A DNA stretch of 64,000 nucleotides from the NCBI GenBank assembly GCA_963775685.1, contig CAVZJV010000014.1, positions 2,368,001 through 2,432,000 of the forward strand. Reading direction: 5' to 3'. The position numbers were made by a program, and so were the translations under genes. The notes under the pieces were generated by a model. The model searched no databases, was not told the origin of the DNA, and saw only the letters and a program-made list of their open reading frames with translations. The stretch is from Candidatus Bathyarchaeota archaeon (lineage in GTDB: Archaea; Thermoproteota; Bathyarchaeia; Bathyarchaeales; Bathycorpusculaceae). This document shows positions 39,668-49,977 of this stretch, one piece after another. Within the stretch, counting starts at the first letter, position 1; the number at the start of each line of letters is the position of its first letter.

Positions 39668-40246
39668 ATGGTTGAAACGTTTTATCTGCATTTAGAATTT
39701 AGAGGCAAAAACGGTGGATGGTCAATTAACCTGCCTTTCTTGTGCAATAAATGTGGTATTTGCTGTACTCTTGACGATTTCTTGACTGCGGGAGAAATTA
39801 CCGCCAAACCTCAAGAGCAACCAGAAGTCCACGCCAAAATAAAAGTCCTCTTTGAAGAGTTGGGCAGGATGTGGGAAGCAAGCGAAGCAAAATACGACCA
39901 ATACGTCCAGCAAAACCCCTGCCCTTTTCTGATAGATAAATCCTGTTCTATCTATGAATTCCGACCTGACGGGTGCCGACTTTTCCCCAAAACCAAGTTT
40001 GGCATGCAAACCCAAGACTGCCCACCTCTCAATCGTTTTAAAAAAATGCGTGCCTCCCTAAAAAAAGGTAGACTCAACAAAGAGAACTACTATTTTACAG
40101 GAACAATTCAAGAGCCAATAAAATACACAAAGTTAACAGAAAAACAATACCAAACATGCATAACAAAACTGCGCCAAGCAGGAATGACCGACGACGAATT
40201 AGAACTTTTCAACTACTTCAATGGGCAAAATAAACCTCAAATTTAA
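39668..40246 (+). CDS. YkgJ family cysteine-cluster protein
   Basis: CNKCGICC, CPFL, CSIYEFRPDGCRLFP. Confidence 0.88.
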   Translation: MVETFYLHLEFRGKNGGWSINLPFLCNKCGICCTLDDFLTAGEITAKPQEQPEVHAKIKVLFEELGRMWEASEAKYDQYVQQNPCPFLIDKSCSIYEFRPDGCRLFPKTKFGMQTQDCPPLNRFKKMRASLKKGRLNKENYYFTGTIQEPIKYTKLTEKQYQTCITKLRQAGMTDDELELFNYFNGQNKPQI

Positions 40247-40802
40247 CTTTGAAGTTGGGCATATCAAAAGCAGTCTATTAAATGGTCGTTAACCAATCCA
40301 GCTGCCTGCATGAATGCATAGCATATTGTGGGTCCCACAAACTTGAAGCCCCTCGCCTTGAGTTCACTACTCATCGCTTTCGACTGCTCTGTCTCGGCTG
40401 GCATTTCAGAAAAATCCTTGAAAGCATTCTGAATTGTTTTTCCATGTACAAACTGCCAGATGAATTTGTCAAAAGTAACGAATTCTTTTTGGACTTTGAG
40501 AAATTGTTGTGCGTTAGTTATGGTTGCGGAGATTTTGGCTCGATTCTTAACAACGCCGGGTGCTTTCATTAAACGCTCAACATCCTTGGCGGTGTATTTT
40601 GCAACTTTTGCAGGGTCAAAACCGTCAAACGATGTCCTGAACGCTTCTCGCCTCTCCAATATCAGCCACCACGACAACCCTGCCTGAAAACCATCCAAAA
40701 CCAAAAACTCAAACAGCTCTGGTCGTCGTGAACAGTTACGCCCCATTCTTCATCGTGGTATCTGATGTAGAGTTGCTTATCAACATTCCAGCATCTTTTC
40801 AC
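40243..40802 (-). pseudogene. tag: DNA-3-methyladenine glycosylase I, disrupted
   Basis: GTG 40802 KRCW...YHDEEWG..VHDD, frameshift near 40718, LFEFLVLDGFQAGLSW...GFKFVGPTICYAFMQAAG.VNDH..CF, premature TGA at 40264. Confidence 0.88.
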
Positions 40803-40859
40803 CGCCGCAGTAATGGCTTGTTATTAACCATCAAGTTATGTTTAAACCTAATCGAAGGT

Positions 40860-41414
40860 TTATTTGCTGAGTTCCTTTCCGATGTTCCACGCTTTAGCTA
40901 TTTTTTCTCCTGCACCATAGTAACTTTGGTTATTCATAACAAATAATATTGGTTGCACTTTTTTGATGTCTACTTCGCCGTTAGTGAGAATTGTTTCATC
41001 GCAGAATGTGTTCGCTATTTTGCCTATGAATATGTCATGGTTTTTGAAATCTAAGGTTTTTATGAGTTCGCATTCCATGTTGATGCTGCATTGTTCAATC
41101 ATGGGCGCGGTTTTAAGTGTTCCATAGAACGTTTTAAACAGATCTGCTTTGTTGTGGTCTTTGCCTGAAGTTAAGCCGCAGTAGTCGGTTTCTTTTATCA
41201 TAGCTGTTGAGGGGATGTTGATGCTGAAGGTTTTGACTGCTTTTATTCCCGCATTGGTGTAGTGACGTTTGTTCATGCCCAGCGAAACCGATTCGAGCTC
41301 CATTATGCCAATGTGGGCTATGGTGATATAATTGGGTTTCCCATCAACCAACGCCCCAACCAGTACAGTTGGCATAGGGTACAGACAGTTTTTTGCTCCA
41401 AGTTCAATCTTCAT
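40860..41414 (-). CDS. flavin reductase family protein (flavoredoxin-like)
   Basis: LYPMPTVLVG, FSINIP, DYCG..SG, APMIEQC..NMEC, HDIFIG. Confidence 0.9.
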   Translation of the reverse strand: MKIELGAKNCLYPMPTVLVGALVDGKPNYITIAHIGIMELESVSLGMNKRHYTNAGIKAVKTFSINIPSTAMIKETDYCGLTSGKDHNKADLFKTFYGTLKTAPMIEQCSINMECELIKTLDFKNHDIFIGKIANTFCDETILTNGEVDIKKVQPILFVMNNQSYYGAGEKIAKAWNIGKELSK

Positions 41415-41761
41415 TTTTAACCCTCAAAAAAAGTTCTTCCAGCTGAAAGTCTGTTGTTCTTAGTATTTTAAGGAAGCGACGACCAACATTTATCCTTTCA
41501 CTAATTTATCAAAAGGGTTCGCCAACAATAGGTTTGTGTTTTCTCTGGGTTTTTGGTTTGCTTAGGGCCGCTTGCACAACAAGCAGTCAACCCAGAGGTG
41601 AGGCAAAAGAAAAAGTAATAGACAGAGCATTCTGTTGGCTGTTATTGCGTAAGGGTATTCTGACACAACTACAAAAGAACCAGCCAGCTACACCCAAAAA
41701 ACTAACTTTTGGCGCTTGAAACTCTTATATACGGCAGTTGCTAATTTCTCTGTTGAGTGTC

Positions 41762-42070
41762 ATGGCTGAAGTTTGTTCAACATGCGGACTACCAAAGGAC
41801 CTTTGCGTTTGTGGAGAAATAGAGAAAGAACAACAGCGCATTCGTATCCGTCTTGAAACCCGGAAATTTGGCAAAGCAACCACCATCGTCGATGGCATGG
41901 ATGATAAAAACTCAAATTTAACCAGCATTGCCCAAAAACTCAAAACATACTGCGCATGCGGCGGAACTAGCAAAAATGGGCAAATTATGCTTCAAGGCGA
42001 CCACCGGGATAGAGTGCGTGAGTTCTTGGTTAAGATGGGTTACCCACAGGAAAACATTGAACTACAGTAA
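41762..42070 (+). CDS. sui1: translation initiation factor aIF1 (SUI1 family)
   Basis: CSTCGLPKDLCVC, RKFGK, LK..CACGGT, LQGDHR; ATG 41762 preferred to the TTG at 41738. Confidence 0.95.
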   Translation: MAEVCSTCGLPKDLCVCGEIEKEQQRIRIRLETRKFGKATTIVDGMDDKNSNLTSIAQKLKTYCACGGTSKNGQIMLQGDHRDRVREFLVKMGYPQENIELQ

Positions 42071-42108
42071 CCCTCCCGCGTAGTCTCAAACAAGGTGAAT
42101 GTTTCCTA

Positions 42109-42330
42109 ATGAAAAAGACAGATGGCATCCGCGATGTCTTCAAAAATGTTAGACATCGCAAACCAACCCAAATTTATTGTCCTCGCTGCGCAAGCCCAAA
42201 AATCGCTTTATCAAGTAGCCTCTCTATGTGGTTAACGCCTAGAGAATACTTTTGCGAAAACTGCGGTTACCTTGGAATAATTGTTATGGAACTCGAAAAA
42301 GAAGATGAAAAAGAAAAAGAAGAAACTTAA
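42109..42330 (+). CDS. small zinc-ribbon protein
   Basis: CPRC...CENCGY; AAGGTGA upstream. Confidence 0.8.
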   Translation: MKKTDGIRDVFKNVRHRKPTQIYCPRCASPKIALSSSLSMWLTPREYFCENCGYLGIIVMELEKEDEKEKEET

Positions 42331-42355
42331 TTTTGCTTAAGTAACGAAAAGTGCC

Positions 42356-43297
42356 CTAATCGGGCAATTCAAGGTTTAATTGCTTTTTGAGTGTTTTGTA
42401 TCGGTTGCGAACGGTTACTTCGGTTACTCCAGCAGCTTCAGCGATGTCTTTTTGTGTTTTCTTCTCGTTATTCTGGAGGCATGCGATATAGAGGGCAGCA
42501 GCAGCTAAACCCATTGGGTCTTTTCCTGCTGCGGCACGCTTTCGCCTTGCCTCTCTGAGTATTTGGATGGCTGCTCCTTGAGTTTTTCCTGAGATGCCTG
42601 TTTTTTCAGCAATCTTGGATACGTAGGTTAATGGGTCAGCGATGGGCATGTGAACATCGAGCTCTCGCAACAGAAGCCTGTAGCATCTTGCGACATCTTT
42701 TTTGTCAACTAAGCTGGCTTCAGCGATTTCCCGTAGCGTACGTGGGGTTCCACTTCCACGGCATGCAGCGTATAATGCTGCGGCGGCTATAGCGGCAATG
42801 GATCTTCCACGAACGAGACCTTTGTCAAGTGCTTTTCGATAGACGACGGCAGCTTTTTCTTTGATTGGTGGTGGAATGTAGACTTTGTCAGATAAACGGT
42901 CGAGTTCCGCCATGGCTTGTGCGAGGTTGCGATCTATGGATGAATGAACGCGGCTTCGGATTTGCCATTTACGTAGACGCCACATCTGTAACCTCGTGGA
43001 CAGCGGCAGCTTTCTGCCAAATGCATCGCGGTCCACCTGGCTAATTGCAGTTGATAAGCCTTTGTCATGGACTGAATAGGACGTTGGGACACCGACACGA
43101 CTTCTTGAGGCTTTCTCCTCTTGAGTGAAGGCCCGCCATTCTGGTCCTTTATCCATCATTTGTTCATAGACGACTAGTCCACAGTCGCCGCACACGGTTT
43201 CTCCAGTATCGTAATCGTGAACTAAATTCTCGCTACCGCACTCTGGGCACTTGTCTACCAAGCGCTGAGTAGTGCGTGGTTTTTCTTTTGTGCTCAA
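42356..43297 (-). CDS. tfb: transcription initiation factor IIB
   Basis: CPEC/CGDC ribbon, DKGPEWRAF, two cyclin repeats, GVTEVTVRNRYK. Confidence 0.98.
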   Translation of the reverse strand: MSTKEKPRTTQRLVDKCPECGSENLVHDYDTGETVCGDCGLVVYEQMMDKGPEWRAFTQEEKASRSRVGVPTSYSVHDKGLSTAISQVDRDAFGRKLPLSTRLQMWRLRKWQIRSRVHSSIDRNLAQAMAELDRLSDKVYIPPPIKEKAAVVYRKALDKGLVRGRSIAAIAAAALYAACRGSGTPRTLREIAEASLVDKKDVARCYRLLLRELDVHMPIADPLTYVSKIAEKTGISGKTQGAAIQILREARRKRAAAGKDPMGLAAAALYIACLQNNEKKTQKDIAEAAGVTEVTVRNRYKTLKKQLNLELPD

Positions 43298-43672
43298 TCT
43301 CTCTCTACCTCGATTTTAATGTGCGTAGAACCGTCACCATAGGCCACTCTGGCTAGAAAATAGTACATTCGGCCCGCGCAAACTAAGCAAAGGAACTGAT
43401 TAAATATTTAAGCTTTGTGGTTTATTAAACCTATTGCACACTATGGTTTCGAATTTCCTGATATGACAAAAAAACCGAATGGAAAAAAACATAAGAAAGT
43501 GTAAAAAAGTACAAATACGCGCTAGGGCGCACCATGAGCTAATTACATACTTTTTCTCATGAAAACTGACCCCAAAACATTTCTAATTATCACAGCGAGA
43601 ATCCTTATTAAGAAAAAAGCCAACCATTAAACCTCTAACAATAAATAAAACAAATGCTAATTGAAATCGTGC

Positions 43673-43748
43673 AGCCCGGTGGTGTAGTGGTCAAGCATAG
43701 TGGGCTTTGGACCCACCGACGAGAGTTCGAATCTCTCCCGGGCTACCA
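43673..43748 (+). tRNA. tRNA-Gln (TTG), CCA encoded
   Basis: Acceptor AGCCCGG/CCGGGCT, anticodon arm GTGGG-CTTTGGA-CCCAC, GAGAG-TTCGAAT-CTCTC, ACCA. Confidence 0.96.
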
Positions 43749-43773
43749 CATCAAAAATCTTAAGGTGAAAAGT

Positions 43774-43890
43774 ATGGCAGATTTGAAAGGTTGCCCGTTT
43801 GGTCAAGACATAAAAAACGATTGCAAGAACTGTGACTACGGAGACACAAACCACTTCGACGCTGCCCGTGGGAAATGTGTTAAACGTTAA
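43774..43890 (+). CDS. 38-aa Cys-rich microprotein
   Basis: MADLKGCPFGQDIKNDCKNCDYGDTNHFDAARGKCVKR*; AAGGTGA upstream. Confidence 0.6.
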   Translation: MADLKGCPFGQDIKNDCKNCDYGDTNHFDAARGKCVKR

Positions 43891-45158
43891 TTGACCCGTA
43901 TTTTGGCAATTCAGCAACGTAAGCATCCAGATCCAGGAACCTGTTTATTCCTTTGGTGTTTTCTTCTCCGCAGTATCCGATAGAAAGCGTTATTTCACCG
44001 TTGAAGGTGCTGGTTCCCAGCATAAACCCTGGCAGATATATAATTGGACTTGAGATAAATCCCTTTATCATAATTAATTCTCCAAAATGATATGCGTTTA
44101 GGATCCCGAAGTTTGACAGCAACGGAAAAGGAACGTTATTTTTTTTGTCCATCTCCGCAGATTCCGCAAGATGCTTCTCCATCCCCGCGTATCCTTGACT
44201 AAAAAGGTGCTCCAGCCCCGCAGCACTTTCAAGTCTAGGGTAGTTTTCTTTTATTTTCTCCATGGCTTCGGTGACCTTTGCAAGTGTGTCGTCGAATGTT
44301 TCAGATTTTTTCCTATATAGTCCTATTACGTTGCTCCTGAAAGGTTGCATATCGCTTCCGCTTTGCAGTTGGAAATGTACCGTCTTAGGTCTATTGAAAT
44401 CTGAGTTATCATGGGTTTACCCTACGCACTGTTGTTTACGGCAAAAGCGTTCGATAAAGCGCAGTTAGAAATACGTCGTTTATGGTTGCTTTTTTGTTGC
44501 CGGCATAGTGTTTTATTGCAGTGAATTGGGCTTGGGATATTGTTCTGAAGGTATGCAATGGTTCGTTGCCTTTTTTTGGGCATTGACCCGGTTGGTTTGG
44601 GATAACCTTTCATTGCCATGCTATTGGTGTTTTTTTATGTGTTCAAAGATTTGGCTTTGGTCTCGTCTGCCCAAATTTGGCTGAATGGAACTTCTTCCAC
44701 AAGTAACCAGCCTGCTGTAGACGTCAGAGACTAAAAGCGCATAGTCTTTAAGTCGGCCTGCGTCACAGACAGCGTGGTTCACTTTTTATGCATATGGTGT
44801 CAGTATCTTTTTTTCTGAAAACCTTCAAGGCAACAAGCGGATCTACGTCTGCATGGATAGCTTTGTTAACAAAAGCATTTATTGCCTGTTCTGGCGAATC
44901 AATTTCGACGACTTAACACAGTTCTATCTGGTCTAAGTCGACTCTGCGTTCCCAAAAGGGGTCACCGCAGTTCTTGACCAGTCTATCCCAAAACAGGCTC
45001 CAAATCCTCGGTCAAACGGATAGCTTTTGCCAGAGAATTCTCATCTATCTCTCCGCTTAGTTTAGAACCATGCAGAGTTGCTGGTCAGCAAAAAACTTGC
45101 TCAAAGCATAATTGTACGCATCCTGTGCAGTTACCTTAAATTTGTAAAGGATACTCAT
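43880..45158 (-). pseudogene. condensation-domain/CoA-dependent acyltransferase, heavily disrupted
   Basis: ATG 45158 MSILYKFKVTAQDAYNY; NHAVCDAG (HxxxD-type motif) near 44760-44780; C-terminal PLLSNFG...GTSTFNGEITLSIGY; multiple stops and shifts. Confidence 0.7.
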
Positions 45159-45179
45159 TTTGCCCTTTTCCTGTAGTAT

Positions 45180-45968
45180 TTACTTCTTTTTTGGTTTGCC
45201 GTTTTTGGAGGCGAAAATCTGAAAACCTACTATTGCGGAGTAAAAACCGTATGAAAGCAAGAGTATTGGGCGGTGAACCGCATATTTTAAGTCGCTAACG
45301 ACAAATTCGATATGTTTTTGGAGTGTCCAGACGTGTTCTGGTCTGTAATGAATGCAGCAAGGCTCATAGACACCAAGCACCTTGTAGCCTTTTTTCTCTA
45401 TCCAATCTTTTATATATCCATCTTCGTAGGTGTGCAGATCAAATGGGATGTTGATATCTTCCACTGTTTTTCGGCGAACCAAAAGATCGTGAGTTCCACC
45501 CCTTTTATCAAAAATTTTTAGGGTGACTCTCTCGAACAAGCTTAAGATTTTTGAGTCCTTTAGAACAGACCAAATCTCAATTCCCCAGACTGCGCCAACC
45601 CCATCGTTTACCAGTTTTTCTGCCTCCGCAAACCAGTTATTGGACAAAACCACATCACTGTCGACAAAGACAAACCAGTCACTATTCACCAGCCCAATTG
45701 CCGTCTGCCTGGCACTGCCTCGGGTTCCCTTCTCTTGAACAAAGACAACATTGCCATACTTTTTTTGGTACTCTTTTATAATGGGTACAGTTTTGTCGGT
45801 GGAAAAGCCGTCAACAACAATCAGGTTGTTAACAGGTATGTTCTGGTACACGGAGTCAAGGCATTCTTTTAGTTTTCGTTCGCTATTCATAGTGAGAATG
45901 GCGACGTCTACGGATGTTTTTATGGTTGAATAGGCTGGTTTTGGTTGTTTGTAGTCGGCGTTTGTCAA
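45180..45968 (-). CDS. glycosyltransferase family 2
   Basis: VVDGFSTDKT, FVDSD, YED. Confidence 0.9.
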   Translation of the reverse strand: MTNADYKQPKPAYSTIKTSVDVAILTMNSERKLKECLDSVYQNIPVNNLIVVDGFSTDKTVPIIKEYQKKYGNVVFVQEKGTRGSARQTAIGLVNSDWFVFVDSDVVLSNNWFAEAEKLVNDGVGAVWGIEIWSVLKDSKILSLFERVTLKIFDKRGGTHDLLVRRKTVEDINIPFDLHTYEDGYIKDWIEKKGYKVLGVYEPCCIHYRPEHVWTLQKHIEFVVSDLKYAVHRPILLLSYGFYSAIVGFQIFASKNGKPKKK

Positions 45969-45996
45969 ATAGGTGTCTCCTTAGGATCACGTCATT

Positions 45997-47166
45997 TTAG
46001 TACCCCATTAAGCCGCAGCACCGAGAACATATTGGAAAAACTCCGTCTTCGCAGCTTTTTAGGGCTCGTCTAAACTTGCGATGTTTTTCACTATTATAAA
46101 TTTCAAGGATGCTTTGTTCCTGAATGTTTCCTGTGACAAAATCAGGAAAGTCTCGGCATGTAACTGTGTCTCCGTTTGGCATCACATCTAGTTGGAACCA
46201 GGGTGAAATGCATTTTTTGTATCCGAAGAAGTTTTCTGGCTCAGTGTAGTATGTTTTGATTTGCTCTGGTTTAAGGTCAGGAACAAACAGGATTGGAGTT
46301 TTGAATTTATCAGATTTAATCTTTCGTACTTGTTCAGCGATTTTTTCCATATCCAATATTGAAGTGTCGCGGACATAGCCCTTCCAAGCGAAGGGTGTTA
46401 CACCTAACTTTTCTTCTGCTATTTTGATGTGTTTTTGCCCGATGGATTCTTTTGTAAACCAGGAATAGTAAATTATCATTCCGTCAGGTCTAAGTTTTTC
46501 TGCTTCTTGCACAGTCTCAAACAGTGTTGATTCGTTGTTCTTGGAAATTGTTGTTAAAACAAAAATGCCTGGCTTGCTGGTTTTTTTCTCTTTCTTTAAC
46601 TTTTGGATTGCCATTATTCCACGAGTTGCTGTATCCAATGCTCCAGGTGTGCCGCGGCATTTATCATGGATTTCTCTAGGTCCATCGAAAGAGACACAGA
46701 TCATATCCCAGCAGTTATCTACTATGGTTTGAGCGTTTTTTTCCAGCCCAACGCCGTTTGTCACAATCTGAACTGTTAGGTCTTTTTGTTTCATGTAGTT
46801 AACAAGCGGAACAAGCGGTTCGTAAAGGAAGGGTTCCCCGCCTGTTATGTAAACATGAACTTTTTTAGGCGCGACTTCGTCTATTACGTTTTTGTAGGTT
46901 TCAAGAGGGACTTCGCCTGTGACTTTTGGCGTATCTTCCCGTGCGTTGTATCCGGTGTTGCCCCATTGAGCGCAGATTGCGCATCTGTGGTTGCAGCGGT
47001 GTGTGATTCTTAGGCTTAGCAGCCATAGAGACGAGCTGCTTCCGTCTTTGTTTCGATAATCCATTTTGGTTTTTACAAACTGTCTGTAGGAGCCTCGTGC
47101 AAAGCTCATTAGGAGCTGAGGATTTTTGCACACTGGACCGAAGAGCTGCGTTGGAATCCTTTTCAT
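45997..47166 (-). CDS. radical SAM protein with SPASM/twitch domain
   Basis: CNHRCAIC, TGGEP, TNG, SFDG...HD..RG, CISPW...NGD...C...CSRCC. Confidence 0.92.
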   Translation of the reverse strand: MKRIPTQLFGPVCKNPQLLMSFARGSYRQFVKTKMDYRNKDGSSSSLWLLSLRITHRCNHRCAICAQWGNTGYNAREDTPKVTGEVPLETYKNVIDEVAPKKVHVYITGGEPFLYEPLVPLVNYMKQKDLTVQIVTNGVGLEKNAQTIVDNCWDMICVSFDGPREIHDKCRGTPGALDTATRGIMAIQKLKKEKKTSKPGIFVLTTISKNNESTLFETVQEAEKLRPDGMIIYYSWFTKESIGQKHIKIAEEKLGVTPFAWKGYVRDTSILDMEKIAEQVRKIKSDKFKTPILFVPDLKPEQIKTYYTEPENFFGYKKCISPWFQLDVMPNGDTVTCRDFPDFVTGNIQEQSILEIYNSEKHRKFRRALKSCEDGVFPICSRCCGLMGY

Positions 47167-47409
47167 GAATACTACCGTTTGCTTAGTGCCTTAGTGAGGA
47201 GTGGCATTTAAATTTGCCCCAAATTACTCACAAGTTAACAAGCATGTAGATTCATAAATATGGTTCTTTCTGACTGAAAAAACAAATCGACTCATATTTT
47301 CATGTCGGTCACAGCTCATTTTCTATGTCTACGGAATAAAGGGCTTAAGGCTAACTTGGAAAGAGTTATCTCTCTCACAGGAACTATCCTTCTCGGAACC
47401 TTGAGTGTA

Positions 47410-48402
47410 TTAATGATTTTCCGAATGGTGTTCTTTTATTTCGTTGGGCATATGTTTCTTTAAAATGTCAATCCTCTTTGAGAGTAAAGGCAAGAGTTTT
47501 TCCACCGCTACAAACGCCACAGTCGCGTATGCTATTCCTCCTAAAACATCAACAAAATAGTGCTCGCCAAGATAGACAGCGCTAAACCAAGTTCCAACAG
47601 GAATCACTAACACCGGAAGACTCTTCCACTTCCAAATTTTAAACGCAAAGAGGAAAACTAGCCAAGGCATGGCTGAATGCATGCTTGGAAAGGCAGCGAA
47701 CAAGTTCCCGCCTAAGAAATCAAACAGTGTTTTGTAAACAGGTATTCCCAGGTTAACGTCAACTGAACTAGTTAAGAGTCTTTCAACTACAGGTCCAGTA
47801 TAGGATGACGTGAAGGCTGAGTTAAACTGGTACCATGGAGGCGACACTGGGTAAAACAGGAAAGTTATCAACGCAGAGTAAGTTAGCACGCCAAAGGCAA
47901 CGATGTATTTCCAATAATTCTTAGGGCTTTTCCTCCAAACGATGTATGCGAATATAGTTGGAACAAAGAAATATATTCCATAGAAGACAGCTCCCACATA
48001 ATCTAAAGCCGGAAACCTAAAACCTTGCTGCAAAGCTAGACTTGGCAGTTGCCCAAATAATTGCATATCCCAACTGCGTGGTCCTCCATGAAGATTATAA
48101 AGCGAGATAGAGCCAACGAAACTGTACATTATTTCGTAAGAGATGAATACTGTAACAAAAGGAAGCCAATCCTTCAAAGCACGCCAGGTTCGCTGATTAT
48201 AAGATGTGTAAAACAGGATGCCTAAAACAAGAAATTCCGGTCCTGGAATAATGCTGTATTCCACGCAGAAGATTGCTATTGCTGCCGCATAGATTCCTAA
48301 AAAAAGAAGAGAAAAGAACCTTGAAGAATGATAATCAAAGCTCAAGTCATGCTTCATTTTTTCGAAGTTGAGCTTTTTATTCTCTTCTTTCCTTTTCACC
48401 AT
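47410..48402 (-). CDS. PAP2 superfamily membrane protein (AUR1/IPC-synthase-like)
   Basis: YPVSPPW, AAFPSMH, VYLGEHYFVD. Confidence 0.88.
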   Translation of the reverse strand: MVKRKEENKKLNFEKMKHDLSFDYHSSRFFSLLFLGIYAAAIAIFCVEYSIIPGPEFLVLGILFYTSYNQRTWRALKDWLPFVTVFISYEIMYSFVGSISLYNLHGGPRSWDMQLFGQLPSLALQQGFRFPALDYVGAVFYGIYFFVPTIFAYIVWRKSPKNYWKYIVAFGVLTYSALITFLFYPVSPPWYQFNSAFTSSYTGPVVERLLTSSVDVNLGIPVYKTLFDFLGGNLFAAFPSMHSAMPWLVFLFAFKIWKWKSLPVLVIPVGTWFSAVYLGEHYFVDVLGGIAYATVAFVAVEKLLPLLSKRIDILKKHMPNEIKEHHSENH

Positions 48403-48593
48403 TAGCTGATCGTCCAGTTTTTTAATAAATAATCTTCATCCTTTTTAAATGGCTTTTCCCAATTCCTCCGGAGAACTGATGCCAAAATAAGATATACATT
48501 TGCTTGTTAGACAATCCAGCATATGTTGGATAAGAAACTTTAGAAACCGCAAGAAACTTAAAAGACCTTCAAACCTATAACGGCTGTGAAACA

Positions 48594-48908
48594 ATGGAAA
48601 AAGTTTGGGATGAACTGAAAAAAATTGAAGCCCAAGCAGAGCAAATCCAGAACGACGCTCAAGATAGGGCAAAAAATATGGTTCTTCTCGCAAAGCATGA
48701 TGCTGAAAAACTGATTCAAAACAGTAAAACCTATGCTGAATCTGAGTCACAGAAGATTTACGCAGAAGCTATAGAGAGAGCTAATCAGGAACGCGATGAA
48801 CACCTAAAAGCGAATGAGCAAGCTGGTGGGATCCTGAAATCAAAAGCTGAAAAACGCATGGATAATGCGGTTTTAGTGGTTGTGAATGCCGTACTTGAGG
48901 ACACATAA
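48594..48908 (+). CDS. A-type ATP synthase subunit H (G-like), probable
   Basis: 104-aa A/E/K-rich helix directly upstream of subunit C. Confidence 0.65.
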   Translation: MEKVWDELKKIEAQAEQIQNDAQDRAKNMVLLAKHDAEKLIQNSKTYAESESQKIYAEAIERANQERDEHLKANEQAGGILKSKAEKRMDNAVLVVVNAVLEDT

Positions 48909-48910
48909 CT

Positions 48911-49963
48911 TTGACTCAGACAACACACTATGCTTCTGTTCTAGCTAAAATCGGTGCAGAAAGAAGCAAACTCATTGAAGAATCAAAACTCAAAGCGCTC
49001 GCAGAAAATAAAAGCCTTAATGAATTTGCCACTCAACTTCGAGAAACAAGCTACCAAGAACAAATCGCCAAAGTAACCATGCCACTTACCAGCCAAAAGC
49101 TTGAAAGAGCATTCAACGAAAACCTTATTGACACCTACATAAAAATCATAAAGTATTCACCAAAAAAAACAAGAGAATACTTGAGTTTGTATCTGTTACG
49201 GTTCGAGATTGAACATGTAAAAGCTCTTATGAAAACAATTAGTGCCAAGCTGACTCCTGAGCAAAAGCTGGCAAAAATATATTTTTCCGTTGAGGATTAT
49301 TTCAAGAAACGAGCAGTCTTGGAGGAAGCAGCTAAAGCCTTATCTCCCATCCAAATGATTCACGCGTTTAAAGGCTCAGAGTATTTTTCTGCTCTATCCA
49401 TTGGGCTGAAAAAACATGAGGAAAACTCTTCTACAGCATCTTTTGACATATTTTTAGACAAGATCTTTTATGAAAAACTCTATGAAAGCTACCAGCGCCT
49501 TGACAAAAAAGAGCAGACTTACGCAAATTTCTATGCAAGCACAGAAAACGATGGCTTCGCGTTGGTGACATTACTTAGGGGAAAAGCACTAAATTACGAG
49601 CCAAATAAGCTGCGATTGGTCGTTCCTCAAAGCTTCTTCAACCTTCGAGAACGAACAGTTGAAGCTCTCGTTACATCGATTGATTTTGAAGCGGCATTAA
49701 AGATTGTTCTCGACAGTTACTATACCAAGTTTTTTGTTAAAGCCCAAACTCCAGAAGATACAATAGCTGTTGCAGAAAAAGCCTTAAAGAAAGCAGTGAT
49801 TCAGCACGCCAAATCAAATGTAATTAGTAAGGCATTTAATATAGGGTTACCGCTTGCATTCATAACCCAGAAAGAAACTGAAGTTTACAATCTCTCCGTT
49901 TTAAGTTTAGGCGTAGATGCAGCAATGAAGCCTGAAGAAATCCGCAACCAACTTTTACTTTAA
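48911..49963 (+). CDS. atpC: A-type ATP synthase subunit C
   Basis: 350 aa, LRETSY, LLRFEIEHVK, FITQKETEVYNL; locus context. Confidence 0.85.
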   Translation: MTQTTHYASVLAKIGAERSKLIEESKLKALAENKSLNEFATQLRETSYQEQIAKVTMPLTSQKLERAFNENLIDTYIKIIKYSPKKTREYLSLYLLRFEIEHVKALMKTISAKLTPEQKLAKIYFSVEDYFKKRAVLEEAAKALSPIQMIHAFKGSEYFSALSIGLKKHEENSSTASFDIFLDKIFYEKLYESYQRLDKKEQTYANFYASTENDGFALVTLLRGKALNYEPNKLRLVVPQSFFNLRERTVEALVTSIDFEAALKIVLDSYYTKFFVKAQTPEDTIAVAEKALKKAVIQHAKSNVISKAFNIGLPLAFITQKETEVYNLSVLSLGVDAAMKPEEIRNQLLL

Positions 49964-49977
49964 CTTTTTTTCGAGCC

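Noticed and set aside
43654-43926. ORFs 43654-43890 (full length) and 43657-43926
   Set aside because: They overlap tRNA-Gln; only the SD-preceded 38-aa part from 43774 is kept.
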